A DNA stretch of 64,000 bases from Ranitomeya imitator (lineage: Eukaryota). The notes under the pieces are model-generated. The model was not told where the DNA came from, searched no databases, and was given only the letters and a program-made list of their open reading frames with translations. This document shows, piece after piece, positions 34,655-48,599 of this stretch. The first letter of the stretch is position 1, and each line of letters opens with the position of its first letter. Location: NCBI RefSeq assembly GCF_032444005.1, contig NC_091282.1:60636001-60700000 (forward strand), given 5' to 3'. The position numbers were made by a program, and so were the translations under genes.

Positions 34655-35909
34655 CCCCCTTCATGACCTTGGGATTTTTCGTTTTTCCGTGTTCGTTTTT
34701 CACTCCCCTCCTTCCCAGAGCCATAACTTTTTTATTTTTCCGTCAATTTGGCCATGTGAGGGCTTATTTTTTGCGGGACGAGTTGTTCTTTTGAACGACA
34801 TCATTGGTTTTAGCATGTCATGTACTAGAAAACGGGAAAAAAATTCCAAGTGCGGTGAAATTGCAAAAAAAGTGCAATCCCACGCTTGTTTTTTCTTTGG
34901 CTTTTTTGCTAGGTTCACTAAATGCTAAAACTGACCTGCCATTATGATTCTCCGGATCAGTACGAGTTCATAGACACCTAACATGACTAGGTCATTTTTT
35001 ATCTAAGTGGTGAAAAAAAATAAATTGCGCCATTTTCCAATACTCATAGCTTCTCCATTTTTCATGATCTGGGGTCGGTTGAGGGCTTATTTTTTGCATG
35101 CCGAGATGACGTTTTTAATGATAGCATTTTTGTGCAGATACGTTCTTTTGATCGCCCGTTATTGCATTTTAATGCAATGTCGCGGCGACCTAAAAAACGT
35201 AATTCTGGCGTTTCGAATTTTTTTCTCGCTACGCCGTTTAGCGATCAGGTTAATGCTTTTTTTATTTGATAGATCGGGCGATTCTGAGCGCGGCGATACC
35301 AAACATGTGTAGATTTGATTTTTTTTTTTATTGATTTATTTTGATTGGGGCGAAAGGGGGGTGATTTAAACTTTTATATTTTTTTTATTTTTTTCACTTT
35401 TTTTTAAACTTTTTTTTTTACTTTTGCCATGCTTCAATAGCCTCCATGGGAGCCTAGAAGCAGGCACAATGCGATCGTCTTTGCTACATAACAGCGATCT
35501 GCTGATCGCTGCTATGTAGCAGAAATGCAGGTGTGCTGTGAGCGCCGACCACAGGTTGGCGATCACAGCTACCGGCGATCAGTAACCATAGAGGTCTCAA
35601 GGACCTCTATGGTTACCATCCTGACGTATCGCCGACCCCCGATCATGTGAGGGGGGTCGGCGATGACGTCATTTCCGGCCGCCCGGCCGGAAGCGGTAGT
35701 TAAATGCCGCTGTCTTCGTTTGACAGCGGCATTTAACTAGTTAATAGGTGCGGGCAGATCGCGATTCTGCCCGCGCCTATTACGGGCACATGTCAGCTGT
35801 TCAAAACAGCTGACATGTCCTGGCTTTGATGCGGGCTCACAGCGGAGCCCTGCATCAAAGCAGGGGATCTGACCTCGGACGGGATAGTACGTCCGAGGTC
35901 AGAAAGGGG
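34655..35909 (+). mobile_element. 1.25-kb TTAA-flanked non-autonomous piggyBac-like element
   Basis: TTAA|CCCCTTCATGACC ... GGTCAGAAAGGGG|TTAA; no ORF; homologous to 42357-43586 and 44338-45603. Confidence 0.9.
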
Positions 35910-35990
35910 TTAAAGGGGTTTGTCCGACCACAAAATCCAGTTTTTTTTAAAGCTAATCTGTACTGTATTGTAATATACAACACCTCTATA

Positions 35991-37603
<1,613 letters not shown>

Positions 37604-38504
37604 TATGTGTATGGATGGTGGGATGGATGGATGTGTGTGTGGCTGAATGGATGTGTGTGTGGATGGCAGGAGGGATGGATGTGTAAGACGCCTTTGCGAG
37701 GTAGTTGTGGGCGAGCTTTGGTCCCCACTCACTCTGGCATGCTACAGGCAAGGTGTGTCCCAGCCCCGATGTGCTGCTGTGCATTTGGTGCTTCCCACTT
37801 TCTTCTAGCCTACAGGCCGCTTCTGACTCTAGGAATCCTTCTGGAACTAGGGCAGCAATTAATCCAGTGGACACGAGGTTTATAAAAAAACAACTTTTAC
37901 TTTGGAAATGGCAGTATGTACAGTATTTACATGCAGATGCAGAGGAAAAGGCCCAATGGATTGTCATCTTTTCCACAGGTACCGTACACAACCTCAGTCC
38001 AGGTTCTCGGTATAGGTGGCATGTCCCTCTCACTGGCTTTCCTAGCCTTAGAGAGTCTTCCTCACCTTTACCAGTATATCTGGATTGCAATACCTTCTGC
38101 CCCATATAGTCTGAGTCCATCTTTCCCTGTAGTTTCAGAAGCAGAGTGTCTTCCATGCCCCCGACATCCATCTCGAGGTTGTCCCTGGCCATTTATATGG
38201 AAACACATGGAAGTGTATTTTTTTCAATACACTGCCCAGAGTATGAGGCCCACACTGCAGCCTTCTAGAGCTTTGACTTTACTCACTGCTGCCCACACAC
38301 TGACTGAATCTGTCACTTCCTGGACCTGCTACCAACTCTCAGTTCCCCATCCCAAACTGGGCCAGCCTCTACAATTAACCCTATCCCAGCTATCTGTGGC
38401 CCGAGTGGGTATCATACCTTTATGACATACATGAGCATCGAATACATAGAACCCTTGAATGCCAAGTATCAATCCATCAGCTCCCACCACCATTACAGAT
38501 GCAC

Positions 38505-41200
38505 ATGGAAAGCCCGCCAGGGCTGGGAGGTACTTGGTACCGGGTCTGGTACTTAAAGGTAAGTGTCACGGTGGTGGCGACCTGGTCCATGGCCCTGGGC
38601 GCCCATGTTAAAGGGATGGTCTTTAAAGGGATTAGTTGAATAATAAAAGTTTTGCCAGCTGTGGTATTCGGTCTGGGGTGACCGATGTTGCTTAAAGGTG
38701 TCCACTGGGGTGATGTTATGTCAGCAGGGATGGTATGGCTTCCCATAGGTGAAGCTGGGTCCCCAGGGCTCCTGGTGTAATAGATGAAGATGGTGATAGG
38801 TGGTGAAGTAAGAAACAGAGGACACAGGGTTGCAGTCTCTTTACCTCTTTACTTGGTTCAAGGCAGCCACAGTCCAGGTTACCAGATCACGGATGCTGGT
38901 GTGGTCCAGCTGGCTTTGAAGCAAATTGGGAATCCCTCTAACCAGGTGGGGTTGGAAGCCTTCCTTCTAGTGCTGTGGTGTTGTAGTCCCTTGTTGCCTT
39001 AGGCCTCACACAAGGTCCTTACATTTTCTCTCTGTCCCCCTTTAAGTAGGACACTACCAGTAAGACAGGTAGCTCGAGCCTTTTTACAGTATCTCTATGA
39101 TGACCCGGGCTCTGTTTGCTACTGTGTCCTCAGGTGTTAATGGTGGACAGGTAACTTGCAATCAGCTGTCCGCCAGTTTCTGCCATGGGGCATGAAGTTA
39201 CCCCCACAACCTCGGTCTTCTGGCTACCAGTATCTGCGTTCAGCATGGAGAAAGCCCAGTCGCAGCTTCTTTCCAGCTCTTTACTCTCCTTTGCTTCTTT
39301 TCCCCTCTTAGTCTCCTACAGACTGCTCTGCTTTTTCTTTCCTTCCCAGGAGCCGCAGAATCACTCGTCTCCACAGCCCCAGCTTTCCTTCCTCTCTCTT
39401 CGCTCTCCTCTCACCAACTGTCTTACTCCAACTGCCTAGCAACTGCCTTGCAACTGACTCCTCCTCCCGACCAGATAGAGCAGGTCTCCTGAAGTCGAGT
39501 GTAGAGCTCCCCCTTCTGGCCTGGAGTTAGAACAGTGTTGTGCTGAATATCTGTCAAAGGGATACTTCCTCGCTTCCAAGCGTGACATCACTCTCCCTGT
39601 GAGGAAAGCAATGCCACTGTAACAACCAGTTACCTGGGGTGTTACACCCCCCCCCCCCTGTTAAATCCAGTACTCCCAGATTGGAAAACAAAAACAACAA
39701 TAAATTGGTTACATAATGCAAACATTTTAGGAAATGCATTTCAACAGATACAAACTTTTGCTTCCCTTTATGGGAGGTAATTGGCTTTAACGTTGCAAGA
39801 TATATTTACAAAGGTACAGTCATTTTAGTACCAGAGTGTCCTTGTGCACCAACAACAGTAATCCCGCAACGTAGGTCTTGAGCGTGGTGCAAGACATAAC
39901 TGGCCTCCTCTTTGGACTGTTTCTTCGGCTACGCCAAACGGGTTTTTCTTCAGGTCACATTAAGACAAAGCTTTTTAGTGCAATTAATCAACAGTATCTT
40001 TTAGTGATAACTTGTAAAACCAGTAGAAAGCACCTTAAGAGGCGTCAATTATTTACTGCAACGTTTTTGGCCAATTAACCGTTCATTACCCTATTGTCCA
40101 TTTAAGATTTTCTATAAGCATAACCAAACATTTTTAAACAGGTAACAACAATTATTGACATCTTATGACTACACTTCTAGTGATTCTACGTAGCACAGGT
40201 ATACTTGATCTCCTAGGAATACTGCTACTTACTGTGGGCATGACAGATTCACCGATAGCAGGGGGTGGATTCTCTTCTTCCACTGCTGATGTGGTATCTG
40301 CTGCTTGAGTCCGTTAGTTTTCAGGTTGATCCTGAGTCACATTTCTTTCTGGCATGACTAATTGGGGAAAGGTCAAGACAGGCACTACGATGGCTTGGTT
40401 CACTTGTCACCAGGACTGAGGAAAGTCTCAAAGAATGGTATGGATTTTCTTTTCTTCTTCTTCCTTAGATTAAGAGATATCCTGATCTGCTTCCTGGTTT
40501 TTCAGCTGATTAGGGCATACCTTCAGATTATCTATTGACACCGCTGTTGAGGTTTCTCCTCCATCTTGACTTATGAGGCACACCTTGATGTTATCAACGT
40601 TTTACGGTAAGACGATGTATGGTTCCATCTCCCACTGATCATCAAGTTTGTGGACTCTTCTTTTTCGCTTTAGAACTTCTTCTCCAGGTGGCAAAGGAAT
40701 TGAAGGGGCATGTTGTTTCTCTCTTGCCTCTGTCTTACTTGAGGCAAACTTCTTTCTACACACTCTTGCTCTTTGCGGTATCACTTTTGCCTCTCTGTAT
40801 CCCAGTCTGCATCTGGTGATGTGACTTCAGGTGTTAACACTCCCATGTCCAAGTCAACAGGTAGTTTGCCAGGTCTTGCTATCATTAAGTAGCCTGGAGT
40901 ACAGTTGTTAGAATTCACTGGGATATGATTATACAGATCTACCAAGTCCGGTGACTTCTCTGGCCACAGGTTTCTCTCTTCAAAGGGCAAGGTCTTCAAT
41001 AAGTCAATTACCACCTGGTTCATCTTCTCACACATGCCATTTCCACATTATACTCAACTATGTAGAAGCCTTTTTCCTTCTCGGTTAGTCCACTCAGCCA
41101 AGTCATTCCCTTGCTGCCTTGCACTGTTTGCAGCACTGGGAGGCTGGAGCAGAAGGCAGGAGGAGGGTCTGGCAGACAGACTGGGGTTTGGGGCCTGTTG
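38505..41200 (-). mobile_element. Gypsy-type LTR element remnant (integrase C-terminus, PPT, 3' LTR)
   Basis: LTR ~38505-39646 ending GGGGTGTTACA next to a poly-C (minus-strand PPT) at 39647-39658; ORFs 40781-41035 and 40602-40784 resemble an integrase C-terminus (CEKMNQVVIDLLKTL..HKLDDQWE). Confidence 0.7.
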
Positions 41201-42356
41201 TGACATCACCGATTAGTTTCTGCCAGACAGGAAAACTCTAGCGGGGGAGTGAGCAGCTCCTCCAGAATCAGGAGACAGCTGCTCCCCAAACTAAGTGTGA
41301 TGTCTAGGACACCATGCAAAATGCTAACAGGGAGTAAATTACAAACTGTTAGCATTCTGCATCCTATGTACACACACAAATTATACAAAGTCCGGACAAC
41401 CCCTTTAATCCATAGCTCCCAACTAGAGATGAGCATGACGCACAGATGTCACGCCAGCGCTGGGTAATCAAGAGCCATGTCAGGGACGTCGCATAGTAAG
41501 AGATTTGTGGCCTCCTATCTAGCTGCTAGGTACTACTGACCTAGATGCTGCCCCAGAGCACCATGAATTCCCATGAATAAAGGTGCACTGGGAAGGATAT
41601 GCTATTGATTCAAGGTGTACAGGGCAGGTCATGCTGATTGATGAGGTATAGTGCTGTGACATACTGCCTGTGCAGTTAATTCAGCTGCATATGACCTATA
41701 GTGGTGGATTTTTTTCTTTTTTTATTGTTTTTTTGATTCCTTAATTAAAAGTAAAAATAAATATCCACTATTGTATTTCTTAAGAATCACTGTACTTCCT
41801 CTATATATTTCACTACTTTGCACAAATGTTACAAAAAAAATCTGTTGGAGATCTTTTTTTTTTTATTTCTGACAGCTTTATGTCCCCCACCTCCCTTATT
41901 CCAGTGACAGAAAGTGGAGATAGCAGTAAGGAGGAGAAAGGGTATTTATACAGATCTGGTTGAGACTGGAGAGAAAGTATGTACAGTTTAGGGAGGGCAG
42001 AGAGATCAGGTTACAGATAAGGAGGAAAGCACATAAAGAAAAACGCAGAATAGAAAGTGTGCTGATATATGATGAAATGCTATACAACTGTCCCAGGTAT
42101 CCTGAGTTCTGCTTCCTTCTTCTGGCTCCGCTGCCTTTTTTACTGCTCAACATTGGATTTTGCAGGTTGCACAGCGTGGATCAATGACATAATTTCCTCA
42201 GACCTGTTTAAGGCCCATTGACACACACCTGTGTCTTGGGATTGTGTCTAGTCCTATGTTTGGTGTGCTCTACCATCTGTACTTTTTATGTTTGTGCTTG
42301 CAAGATTCAAAAAGAGTCCTTGCCTTTATAGTTAATTTAGCCATATGCTACTTTAA

Positions 42357-43586
42357 CCCATTAACCCCCAGAGCTTTTTCCAGTTTTGCATTTTCGTTTT
42401 TCGCTCCCCTCCTTCCCAGAACAATAACTTTCTTATTTTCCCATCAATATGGCCATGTGAGGGCTTATTTTTTTGTGGGACGAGTTGTACTTTTGAACGA
42501 TACCATTGGATATACCATGTCGTGTACTAGAAAACAGGAAAAAAATTCCAAGTGCAATTCCACACTTGTTTTTTGTTTGGCTTTTTTGCTAGGTTCACTA
42601 AATTCTAGAACTGGCCTGCCATTATGATTCTCTAGGTCATTGCAAGTTCATAGACACCAAATATGTCTAGGTTATTTTTTATCTAAGTGGTGGAAAAAAA
42701 ATTCCCAAATTTGGTAAAAAAAAAAAATTGCACAATTTTTCGTGACCTGTAGTATCTCCTTTTTTCGTGATCTTGAGTTGGCTGAGGACTTATTTTTTGC
42801 GCGCCGAGCTGACACTTGTAATGATACCATTTATGTGTGTTCTTTTGATTGTCCATTATTACATTTTAATAAAATGTCGCGGCAACCAAAAAAACGTAAT
42901 TCGGGGTTTTGATTTTTTTTCTCACTACGCCGTTTAGCGATCAGGTTAATCCTTTTTTTTATTGATAGTTCGGGCGATTCTGAATGCGGCGATACCAAAT
43001 ATGTGTAGGTTTTATTTTTTTAGTGTTTTATTTTGAATGGGGCAAGACGGGGGTTGTTTGAACTTTAATATTTTTTTATTTTTTCATATTTTTTAAAACA
43101 TTTTTTTTTACTTTTGCCATGCTTCAATAGCCTCCATAGGAGGCTAGAAGCTGGCATAGCCTGATCAGCTCTGCTACATAGGAGCGATGCTCAGATCGCT
43201 CCTACGTAGTTGAATTGCTGCATTGCTATTAGCGCTGACCACAGGGGTGCGCTCACAGCAATCTGGCATCAACAATCATAGAGGTCTTCAGGAGGCCTCT
43301 GGTTGTTATGACAACGCACCACTGACCCCTGCACACGTGACGGGAGACAGCGGTGCGCGCATTTCTGGCCTGATGGCCGCAAGTGCTCTTTAAATGCCAC
43401 TGTCAGCGTTTCACAGTGACTTTTAACTAGTTAATTACAATTCCACCCGCCGCTATTGCAGTCACATGTCAGCTGTACAAAACAGCTGATATGTTCCGAA
43501 TTTGATGCGGGCTCACCGCCAGAGACCGCATCAAAGCGCGGGATACTGCCATTGGACGTACTATTCCATCCGATGGCAGAAAGGGG
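42357..43586 (+). mobile_element. 1.23-kb TTAA-flanked element, same family as 34655-35909
   Basis: TTAA|CCCATTAACCCCCAGAGC ... GGCAGAAAGGGG|TTAA. Confidence 0.88.
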
Positions 43587-44337
43587 TTAAAGTCAGTTGT
43601 AAAATTCTGTGTAGTAATTCTTTGGGGCTAGTTCATCAAGCAGTTTTCATCAGAATTCTGGCATAAAACTGTTTGAAATGTCACAACAACTTTTTGCATA
43701 ACTCGAAGTCTAACAAAAAGTTTCCAACTTTTGACACTTTTACGTCAGTCCCAGACAGCATCAACTTTTTAAAAAAAGTGCAATAAATTATAACAGCAAT
43801 ATTATGGAGAGACACAGGCTGGTGCACATTTCTGGTTCGGCACAGCTTATTCTAGTGGTATTAAAGAATTTGTCCACTAATTTTATATTGATGTAAAATA
43901 CTTTAATATTGGTGGCCAACAGAACAGGGAACAGCTAAATGGTAGGGGTGCCGGATGTCGTGACCCCATTGATCTGATATTGATGGCCTATCCTATTTAA
44001 TAAGACATCAATATAAAAGTAATTGACAATCCCTTGAAGATTGACAAAAAAGACGAGTGTTACTGAATGGAGGCCTTTGTGCCCGTGGTGTTGTTTCAGT
44101 GTTTACAGGGTTATGCTCTAAACTTGCTTGCTGTAGGTATGTCGAATTTGTGGCTTTTTTCTACCTGGGCTTCTCTACAGAACTTCAAAAAGACCAAGAA
44201 AAACTCATTTGTGAAATGACTCAAAAATAAAAAATGGTGTGTGTAAAGGAGCATTATACAAGGAATTTTTCACTTTCCAAGAACGATGATGCTACCATAA
44301 AAAATGTGTGATTATACTATATAGAGTAGCATGTTAA

Positions 44338-45603
44338 CCCCTTACCGGCATCGGACGTACTATACCGTCCGATGCCGGCTCCCCTGCTTTGATGCAGGGC
44401 TCCGCGGTGAGCCCGCACCAAAGCCGGGACATGTCAGCTGTTTTGAACAGCTATGTGCCCGTAATAGGCGCGGGCAGAATCTCGATCTGCCCGCACCTAT
44501 TAACTAGTTAAATGCCGCTGTCAAACGCAGACAGCGGCATTTAACTACCGCTTCCGGCCGGGCGGCCGGAAATGACGTCATCGCCGACCCCCGTCACATG
44601 TCCGGGGGTCGGCGATGCGTCTCCATTGTAGCCATAGAGGTCCTTGAGACCTCTATGGTTACTGATTGCCCGTCGCTGTGAGCGCCACCCTGTGGTCGGC
44701 GCTCACAGCACACGTGCAATTCTGCTACATAGCAGCGATCAGCAGATCGCTGCTATGTAGCAGAGCCGATCGTGCTGTCCCTGCTTCTAGCCTCCCATGG
44801 AGGCTATTGAAGCATGGCAAAAGTTAAAAAAAAAAGTTTAAAAAAATGTGAAAAAAATAAAAAAAACATAAAAGTTTAAATCACCCCCCTTTCGCCCCAA
44901 TCAAAATAAATCAATAAAAAAAATATCAAATCTACGCATATTTGGTATCGCCGCGCTCAGAATTGCCCGATCTATCAAATAAAAAAAAGTATTAACCTGA
45001 TCGCTAAACAGCATAGCGGGAAAAAAACTCGAAACGCCAGAATTACGTTTTTTTGGTCGCCGCGACATTGCATTAAAATGCAATAACGGGCGATCAAAAG
45101 AACGTATCTGCACCGAAATGCTATCATTAAAAACGTCATCTCGGCACGCAAAAAATAAGCCCTCAACCGACCCCAGATCACGAAAAATGGAGACGCTACG
45201 AGTATCGGAAAATGGCGCAATTTTTTTTTTTTTTTTAGCAAAGTTTGGAATTTTTTTTCACCACTTAGATAAAAAATAATGAACTCTATGAACTCATAAT
45301 GACCTGGAGAATCATAATAGCAGGTCATTTTTAGCATTTAGTGAACCTAGCAAAAAAGCCAAACAAAAAACCAATGTGGGATTGCACTTTTTTTGCAATT
45401 TCACCGCACTTGGAATTTTTTTCCCGTTTTCTAGTACACGACATGCTAAAACCAATGATGTCGTTCAAAAGTACAACTCGTCCCGCAAAAAATAAGCCCT
45501 CACATGGCCAAATTGACGGAAAAATAAAAAAGTTATGGCTCTGGGAAGGAGGGGAGCGAAAAACGAACACGGAAAAACGAAAAATCCCCTGGTCATGAAG
45601 GGG
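44338..45603 (-). mobile_element. 1.27-kb TTAA-flanked element, inverted copy of the 34655-35909 family
   Basis: TTAA|CCCCTTACCGGCATCGGACG ... GGTCATGAAGGGG|TTAA; reverse-complement colinear with 34655-35909. Confidence 0.9.
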
Positions 45604-47243
45604 TTAAAGGATATTTAGGGGCCCCATAGGCTGGGGCTTTTCTAAATATAAAATATTGGCAAAAGGGGTTCAGAACAATTCCTAATGCCCTCTGAAAGGT
45701 TTTAGTGAGACTCGGCGTTATTTTTTTACAATGAAAATATGCAGCGGTTCCAACAAATTGGATGGCATGTATAGAAATCTCATGACCACTTTGCTTTTTT
45801 TTTATGATGCGTAAATTGATTTTTGGTACATGTTTGTAATCTGTAATATGGCAATTTCTCTTGTGGGTACGCTGAGTTTTAAGTGGGAATTTTTGCCATA
45901 GAATTGCATTAAATATGGAAAATCCACAAGTAAAAAATGCATATGCTTGCCTTTATCTGTGTGTTTCCACTCCAGAAACACACTAAAAATGCATATCATC
46001 CGCACATGACTGTATCAAAGCCAAATACTGTGAAAAACGAGATACAAACAGTAACACATAAAAAAATCGCAACTAACCTAATTTAACTAAGAGGTGCAGA
46101 AATGCTGCCAAAAGTCTGCAACATCAAAAACTTGCCGAATACTCATCATGGAAATGTAGTCTTAAGGATATGTTCACACTGATCTGTTTTGCAGTTTTGG
46201 GGGCAGAAATTCCCTAATGCTTTAGTCAAAACTCGTGGTTCTAAAACTCCTTTTGTTTTTTTAAAAGTTTCTGTGTAGTTTATAGGATTCTTATAGAAAT
46301 TTAAACCCTCTATGTTATGGGCAGGGTAGGGATTAAAAGGAGATTCAATGGGGTGGAGCCTCATGTAGGAGGAGATTCAGATGAGTGATGCAGGAAGAAG
46401 GGACTAAGCGGCAGAAGGCAGTTGGTTGAGAGCCCATTTTTTTTAGGATGGATGCATGTTTGACATAGAGAAACCTCAGATTGTAGATCTGGATCCGTAA
46501 ATTACTCTAAGAAGACAGCAGAGGCAGTCCGACAGCGCAGAGAAACAGACACAAAATCAGGAAGGTTGAAGAAAAAAATGCTGACAACAAGGTCAACAAT
46601 GTTGCATGGAGTGGAGCAGAGCTCTTTAGTAGGCCACGCCCACTGTCTGGAAGCGCCACAAGATGGGGCGTGGTCTCTCTCCATACAAGAGGATGGATTG
46701 AGGATGGAGCAAGGCCACACCCACTGGCCAGGAGTATGTATAACACATACAACTCCTCCAGTTTCGGTGTAACAGGCCATATTATCCCCTGTCCAGATTA
46801 AACCCGGGTACAGCTTGGTTCGAGTGATAAACTGTGCTAGGCCGAACTATACCCAGGGGTGTAAAATAGGCTAGGCCAACCTATACCTCTCCAGGCTACA
46901 ACATGCCCCTCTAAAGATTTTAGATGTCATTATTTAACAACTTAAAACTGACTCTACATAGAGGGAAGGTATATGTGCTGTTAATCACATGATGAAGATT
47001 GATCTTACAAGACAATGTAACTGGTAATGACAACAGTCATTACCTCTGTGATTACACTGTTGTCCATTAAGATAAGTGCTTTTAATTTAATGTGTAAACA
47101 CGACTCTTCTGTCTTTGTGGAAGTTTAACATCTGAGACGTGTGATGTATGTTGTAATGACTTAGATGTTAGAGCGCCAAAAGATAACTAGCACACTTCTC
47201 AGTAGTCTTTAGACATTACATTAAATTAAACGCACTTCTCTAA

Positions 47244-47979
47244 AGGTACCTTCACACTGACCAACTTCACAACGATATCGCTAGCGATCCGTGACGTTGC
47301 AGCGTCCTGGATAGCGATATCGTTGTGTTTGACACGCAGCAGCGATCAGGATCCTGCTGTGACATCGTTGGTCGGAGCAGAAAGTCCAGAACTTTATTTC
47401 GTCGCTGGATCTCCGGCAGACATCGCTGAATCGGCGTGTGTGACGCCGATTCAGCGATGTCTTCACTGGTAACCAGGGTAAACATCGGGTTACTAAGCGC
47501 AGGGCCACGCTTAGTAACCCAATGTTTACCCTGGTTACCAGTGTAAATGTAAAAAAACCCAAACGCTTCATACTTACATTCCAGTGTCTGTCGCGTCCAT
47601 CGGCGTTCTGCTTCCCTGCACTGTCAGCGCCGGTTGGCCGCAAAGCAGATTACAGCGGTGACGTCACCGCTGTGCTTTACGGCCAGCCGGCGCTCACAGT
47701 CAGTGCAGGAAAGCACAGCAACGGGGGACAGACACCGGAATGTAAGTATGTAGTGTTTTTTTTTTTTACATTAGCACTGGTAACCAGGGTAAACATCGGG
47801 TTACTAAGCACGGCCCTGCGCTTAGTAACCCGATGTTTACCCTGGTTACCAGGGGACTTCGCATAGTTGGTCGCTGGAGAGCTGTCTGTGTGACAGCTCT
47901 CCAGCGACCACACAGCGACGCTGCAGCAATCGGGATCGTTGTCTAGATCGCTGCAGCGTCGCTAAATGTGACGGTACCT
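47244..47979. mobile_element. PIF/Harbinger-type MITE with multiple internal hairpins
   Basis: TAA|AGGTACCTTCACA ... GTGACGGTACCT|TAA; 3-bp TSD TAA. Confidence 0.88.
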
Positions 47980-48599
47980 TAAAACCTTAGAATGCAATTG
48001 TATCTTGATCTTATCACTTCGCTAGTTTTCTCACCCTGTCTCTGATTGGTTGAAAAATGTGCAGATCTCTTTCTATCATCCTCAGACACTCAGCTGCTTT
48101 TAATGTGGAACTACTGAGAAGTGCGATAGGATTCTTTACATCATCATTATATCTTTGTGGAAGTATAATATATTTACTGATTGATGTTTTTCTGCTTCAA
48201 GTAATAAAAGTCTATATTTTTAGAACTTTAAGATTTAAGCCAGTTATCCTCTGATATTTCTTGAATGTTGAAAAATTAAGTAATTTTCTGTGCATATCAC
48301 TTAACACTGCTGATATCAAGGGGGGGGGGGGGTATAATCTGGCATGGAGGAGTATGAGAAGGCCTTGGCCAATTTATATCCCAGAGCATAAATTGGCCTA
48401 GGCCATTATATACCCGGGGTATAACTAAGCCTAGGCCCCTTTAACCCGTGGTATAGTTTGAACTTGGGGTATACTATGGCCTGTTACACCGGGTCTGAAA
48501 CCACAGAATCCCCGCTGTGCACAGTACATGTTATGGGGGGATTCATAAGTCTGAGGTCTCCCAGAGTGACTGCATATTTATGTATTCGGACTGGACAAC

